DNA from: an uncultured Verrucomicrobiae bacterium
GTDB taxonomy: Bacteria; Verrucomicrobiota; Verrucomicrobiia; Chthoniobacterales; UBA10450
Direction of reading: 5' to 3'
DNA length: 64,000 bases
Assembly (NCBI GenBank): GCA_963801815.1
Contig: CAWDGJ010000003.1
Span: 544,001 to 608,000 of the forward strand
Every line of letters begins with the position of its first letter. The first letter of the stretch is position 1. Under the pieces are notes generated by a model. That model had not been told where the DNA came from. It searched no databases and saw only the letters and a program-made list of their open reading frames with translations. The position numbers were made by a program, and so were the translations under genes. Shown here piece by piece: positions 61,313-64,000 of this stretch.

Positions 61313-62209
61313 ATGCGCCGCTGCTGGGCTTGTCTGGTCCTGTCCCTGTTCATTCTTGCAACGCAAGCTGGACAGCTACCGCTCACTGTCAGCGAGATCG
61401 GTCTGATGCTGCGCACCGGTTACTCGAGCAATGCGCTGATGAAAGAATTATCGGCGCGGCGATTCCTCGACACACTCGATGAAGCAAAAGAGAACACATT
61501 GATGAACGCCGGCGCATCCACTGAATTGATCGCGGCATTGAAGAATGGGACTTACTCGCTCTCCGCCGACAAGACTGCGGCCGTATTGCAACAGATGGCT
61601 ACGCTGGACCGCCGTCGCGCCGCCCAAGCCGAGATTTCACAAAAGTCCGACGCGCATTACCAGGCGCAGGTGGCACGTCACAGGTCTTCTAGTAAGGTGC
61701 CTTCATCCGACGCATTAGCGAACGCCGGGCCAATTTCCGATTTGTTGAAAGGCGATTTGGTTCAATACCGCAACGGAATTGTCCATGTCGACGACACTGC
61801 GCTGGCGGGGAAGAAATTAATCGCGGTGTATTTTTCGGCCCACTGGTGCGGTCCATGCCGCAAATTTACGCCGCAGCTCGTGGAATATTACAATCGGGTC
61901 GCACCACAACATCCGGAGTTTGAGATCGTGTTTTTCAGCCACGACCGTTCGCCGGCCGATTTCGAAACCTACATGCGCGAGACGAACATGCCATGGCCGG
62001 CTTTCGACTTCGCGAAACTCAAAGCTAAACAGGCACTGACCAAGGACGCTGGGCCGGGAATCCCATCGCTGGTTCTATTCGATTCCAGCGGCAACCTGAT
62101 CTCAAGCAGCTATGTCGGCTCCCAATATCGCGGACCGCAACAAGTCCTGGCCGACTTGGATGCGATCTTCTCCGGCAAACTGCCAGGGCGATTCGCTTCG
62201 ACGCAATAA
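61313..62209 (+). CDS. Exported thioredoxin-like (nucleoredoxin/tryparedoxin-type) protein
   Basis: Signal peptide; YFSAHWCGPCRKFTP, EIVFFS, MPWPA, GIPSLV. Confidence 0.88.
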   Translation: MRRCWACLVLSLFILATQAGQLPLTVSEIGLMLRTGYSSNALMKELSARRFLDTLDEAKENTLMNAGASTELIAALKNGTYSLSADKTAAVLQQMATLDRRRAAQAEISQKSDAHYQAQVARHRSSSKVPSSDALANAGPISDLLKGDLVQYRNGIVHVDDTALAGKKLIAVYFSAHWCGPCRKFTPQLVEYYNRVAPQHPEFEIVFFSHDRSPADFETYMRETNMPWPAFDFAKLKAKQALTKDAGPGIPSLVLFDSSGNLISSSYVGSQYRGPQQVLADLDAIFSGKLPGRFASTQ

Positions 62210-62291
62210 TTGCAGCGGCGGCAGGCTGTGACCGCCGAAATGCTCTGCGCAGTTGCTCAATGTGGGCAATACTTCTCTATTTTTCAGGATA

Positions 62292-62678
62292 ATGACGAGT
62301 GAATCTTTCATGAAACGAATGGCGCGGCTCGGTGTGCGCGATGTCGATCTAGAAGAAACTTTCGCGCGTTCCGGCGGTCCCGGCGGTCAAAACGTAAACA
62401 AAGTTGCGACCGCTGTGACGTTGCGCCATCGACCGAGCGGAATCAGCGTCACTGCACAGGATTCGCGTTCGCAGGCCATGAATCGCAAATTCGCGCGGGA
62501 GCGCTTGCTGGGCGCGATTGAAGATCGGCAACGGGCAGCCCGACGTGCGCAGATCGCCGCTCGCGAGAAAGAACGTCGTCGCAAATCGCCTCGGCCGCCG
62601 GCGCTGAAGAAGAAAATTCTCGAATCGAAGCTCAAACGCGGCGCACTGAAAAAGCTGCGCGGTCGCGTCCAAGACTAA
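62292..62678 (+). CDS. Peptidyl-tRNA hydrolase domain ribosome-rescue factor (ArfB/YaeJ-like)
   Basis: [19 protein letters not shown], basic C-terminal tail. Confidence 0.85.
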   Translation: MTSESFMKRMARLGVRDVDLEETFARSGGPGGQNVNKVATAVTLRHRPSGISVTAQDSRSQAMNRKFARERLLGAIEDRQRAARRAQIAAREKERRRKSPRPPALKKKILESKLKRGALKKLRGRVQD

Positions 62679-62775
62679 TTTTATCAAAGCAGAGCTGAAA
62701 CGCTTTAAGACCGACAATTAATTACATCTGCCGAAGCGGCTAGGCGCGAAGTGATTATGTAAGTCTAATTTCACT

Positions 62776-62937
62776 ATGAAAAAACTCCTTATACCTTCGT
62801 TTTCGTTGCTGATTGCCGTGTTTCTAAGCTCTTGCGCCAGCGAGCCCGCAGCGACGACAACAACGACCACAACTCGAGAAACGACCGTCACGCAACCAAC
62901 AACGGCGACACAGTCCACCACGACTACGCACTACTAA
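62776..62937 (+). CDS. Small Thr-rich lipoprotein (53 aa)
   Basis: MKKLLIPSFSLLIAVFLSS-C-ASEPAATTTTTTTRETTVTQPTTATQSTTTTHY; not in the ORF track (<60 aa). Confidence 0.75.
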   Translation: MKKLLIPSFSLLIAVFLSSCASEPAATTTTTTTRETTVTQPTTATQSTTTTHY

Positions 62938-62956
62938 TTCCCCCTCCAGTAAGAAG

Positions 62957-62984
62957 AGAGGACACGCCAACAAACGTGTCCTCT
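62957..62984. terminator. Hairpin between the convergent lipoprotein and gyrA genes
   Basis: AGAGGACACG-CCAACAAA-CGTGTCCTCT. Confidence 0.55.
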
Positions 62985-64000
62985 TACGCTTTTTCGGACT
63001 TTCCGTTCGCTGTCTCGGCGGTCTTTGCTTCTTCTTCCGCCTGGCTGACTACCGGTGCGATGGCCTGAAGTTTTTCGCCGCTGCGCAAATCCATCAGTTT
63101 CACGCCCATGGTATTGCGACCGGTCTCGCGGATTTCTTTAACCCGGGTGCGCACCATTTGACCCTTGGTGGTGATCAACATCAACTCATCCGAATCGCGC
63201 ACGGTAAGAGCGCCGACGACATCGCCGGTCTTGGTGCCGGTTTTCATCGTGATGATTCCTTTGCCGCCGCGATTTTGTTTGCGGTAATCGTCGAATGATG
63301 TGCGCTTGCCGATTCCGTTTTCGCCCGCTACCAACAGCATCGAGTCAGAGTCGAGAATTGCCAGGGCGACCACCTGGTCTTTCTTGTCTGGGCGAATTCC
63401 CCAGACACCAACTGTATTCCGGCCCTGGTCGCGCAGCTGCTCTTCGTGAAAGCGCAGGCTCATTCCTTCTTTGGTGATCAGAACCAACTCGTTGTTTCCG
63501 TTCGTCAGCTTGGCGTCGATCAATCGATCGTCCTTTTCGATCTGGATCGCGATAATCCCGCCTTTCCGGACATTTCGGTAATCCGAGAGATTTGATTTCT
63601 TGACGATGCCGGACTGCGTCGCGAACACGATGTGAAGATTTTCATCCCAGGTTTGATCGACCGCGTTCCCGCCGGTGCCGGATTTCTTCGATTGAATCCG
63701 AATCGTGGCCGCGATCTTCTCGTCTGGTTTCAATTCCAAAATGTTTGCGATCGAGCGGCCTTTGGCCGCGCGGCCCATCTCGGGAATCTCGTAAACTTTT
63801 TCGACGTACGCGCGACCCGCTTCGGTGAAGAACATCAGGTAATCGTGCGTGGTCGCGGTGAAGAGATGTTCGATGAAATCGCCCTCTTCTTCCTCGGTCG
63901 CGCCTTCGCGCGTCGTCATTCCGATAACGCCTTTGCCGCCGCGACGCTGCGCGCGAAACGCGCTGACCGCCGTGCGCTTGATGAAACCGCCGTGGGTGAT
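62984..64000 (-). CDS. gyrA: DNA gyrase subunit A, C-terminal beta-pinwheel (partial, starts beyond the window)
   Basis: GyrA-box-like QRRGGKG, GRAAKG, QGRNTVGV, GRNTMGVKLM blades. Confidence 0.92.
   Translation of the reverse strand: MTHGGFIKRTAVSAFRAQRRGGKGVIGMTTREGATEEEEGDFIEHLFTATTHDYLMFFTEAGRAYVEKVYEIPEMGRAAKGRSIANILELKPDEKIAATIRIQSKKSGTGGNAVDQTWDENLHIVFATQSGIVKKSNLSDYRNVRKGGIIAIQIEKDDRLIDAKLTNGNNELVLITKEGMSLRFHEEQLRDQGRNTVGVWGIRPDKKDQVVALAILDSDSMLLVAGENGIGKRTSFDDYRKQNRGGKGIITMKTGTKTGDVVGALTVRDSDELMLITTKGQMVRTRVKEIRETGRNTMGVKLMDLRSGEKLQAIAPVVSQAEEEAKTAETANGKSEKA

Overview
A mostly housekeeping chromosomal window. Gene content and protein style suggest a soil Verrucomicrobiota genome, probably Chthoniobacterales-like; this is an inference. 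It carries a DegP C-terminus, asd, a hutH-hutU-ftcD-hutI histidine catabolic operon, tig-clpP-clpX, cinA, FKBP, nadD-rsfS, nagZ, an OPT transporter, ychF, tRNA-Pro(GGG), an HDAC-family gene, a GT2 followed by three TMTC-like GT-C/TPR genes, gabD, egtB-egtD plus an osmoprotectant-type ABC importer, an ACP with GT4, tatA, a partial type II secretion cluster, tRNA-Cys(GCA), hemL, a GH-GT2 fusion, rluD, an ArfB-like gene and the gyrA 3' part. Clusters of frameshifts at about 1.2-3.7 kb, 49-51.5 kb and 56.8-59.8 kb look like long-read indel errors. The most unusual signals are: (1) stranded, synonymously diverged copies of gene 5' ends (three nagZ starts, two gspF starts), each followed by a repeat element and read as a short ORF ending at the next start; (2) several families of short palindromic or heptamer repeats inserted in frame into protein loops and N-termini; (3) an unannotated membrane-anchored peroxiredoxin-like selenoprotein (W-U-P-L-C with a SECIS-like hairpin); (4) a putative bacterial TMTC-type protein O-glycosylation locus, with tiny Thr-rich lipoproteins as candidate substrates; (5) tandem tRNA-Cys-linked ~140-bp repeats; (6) a probable ATA start for rsfS.
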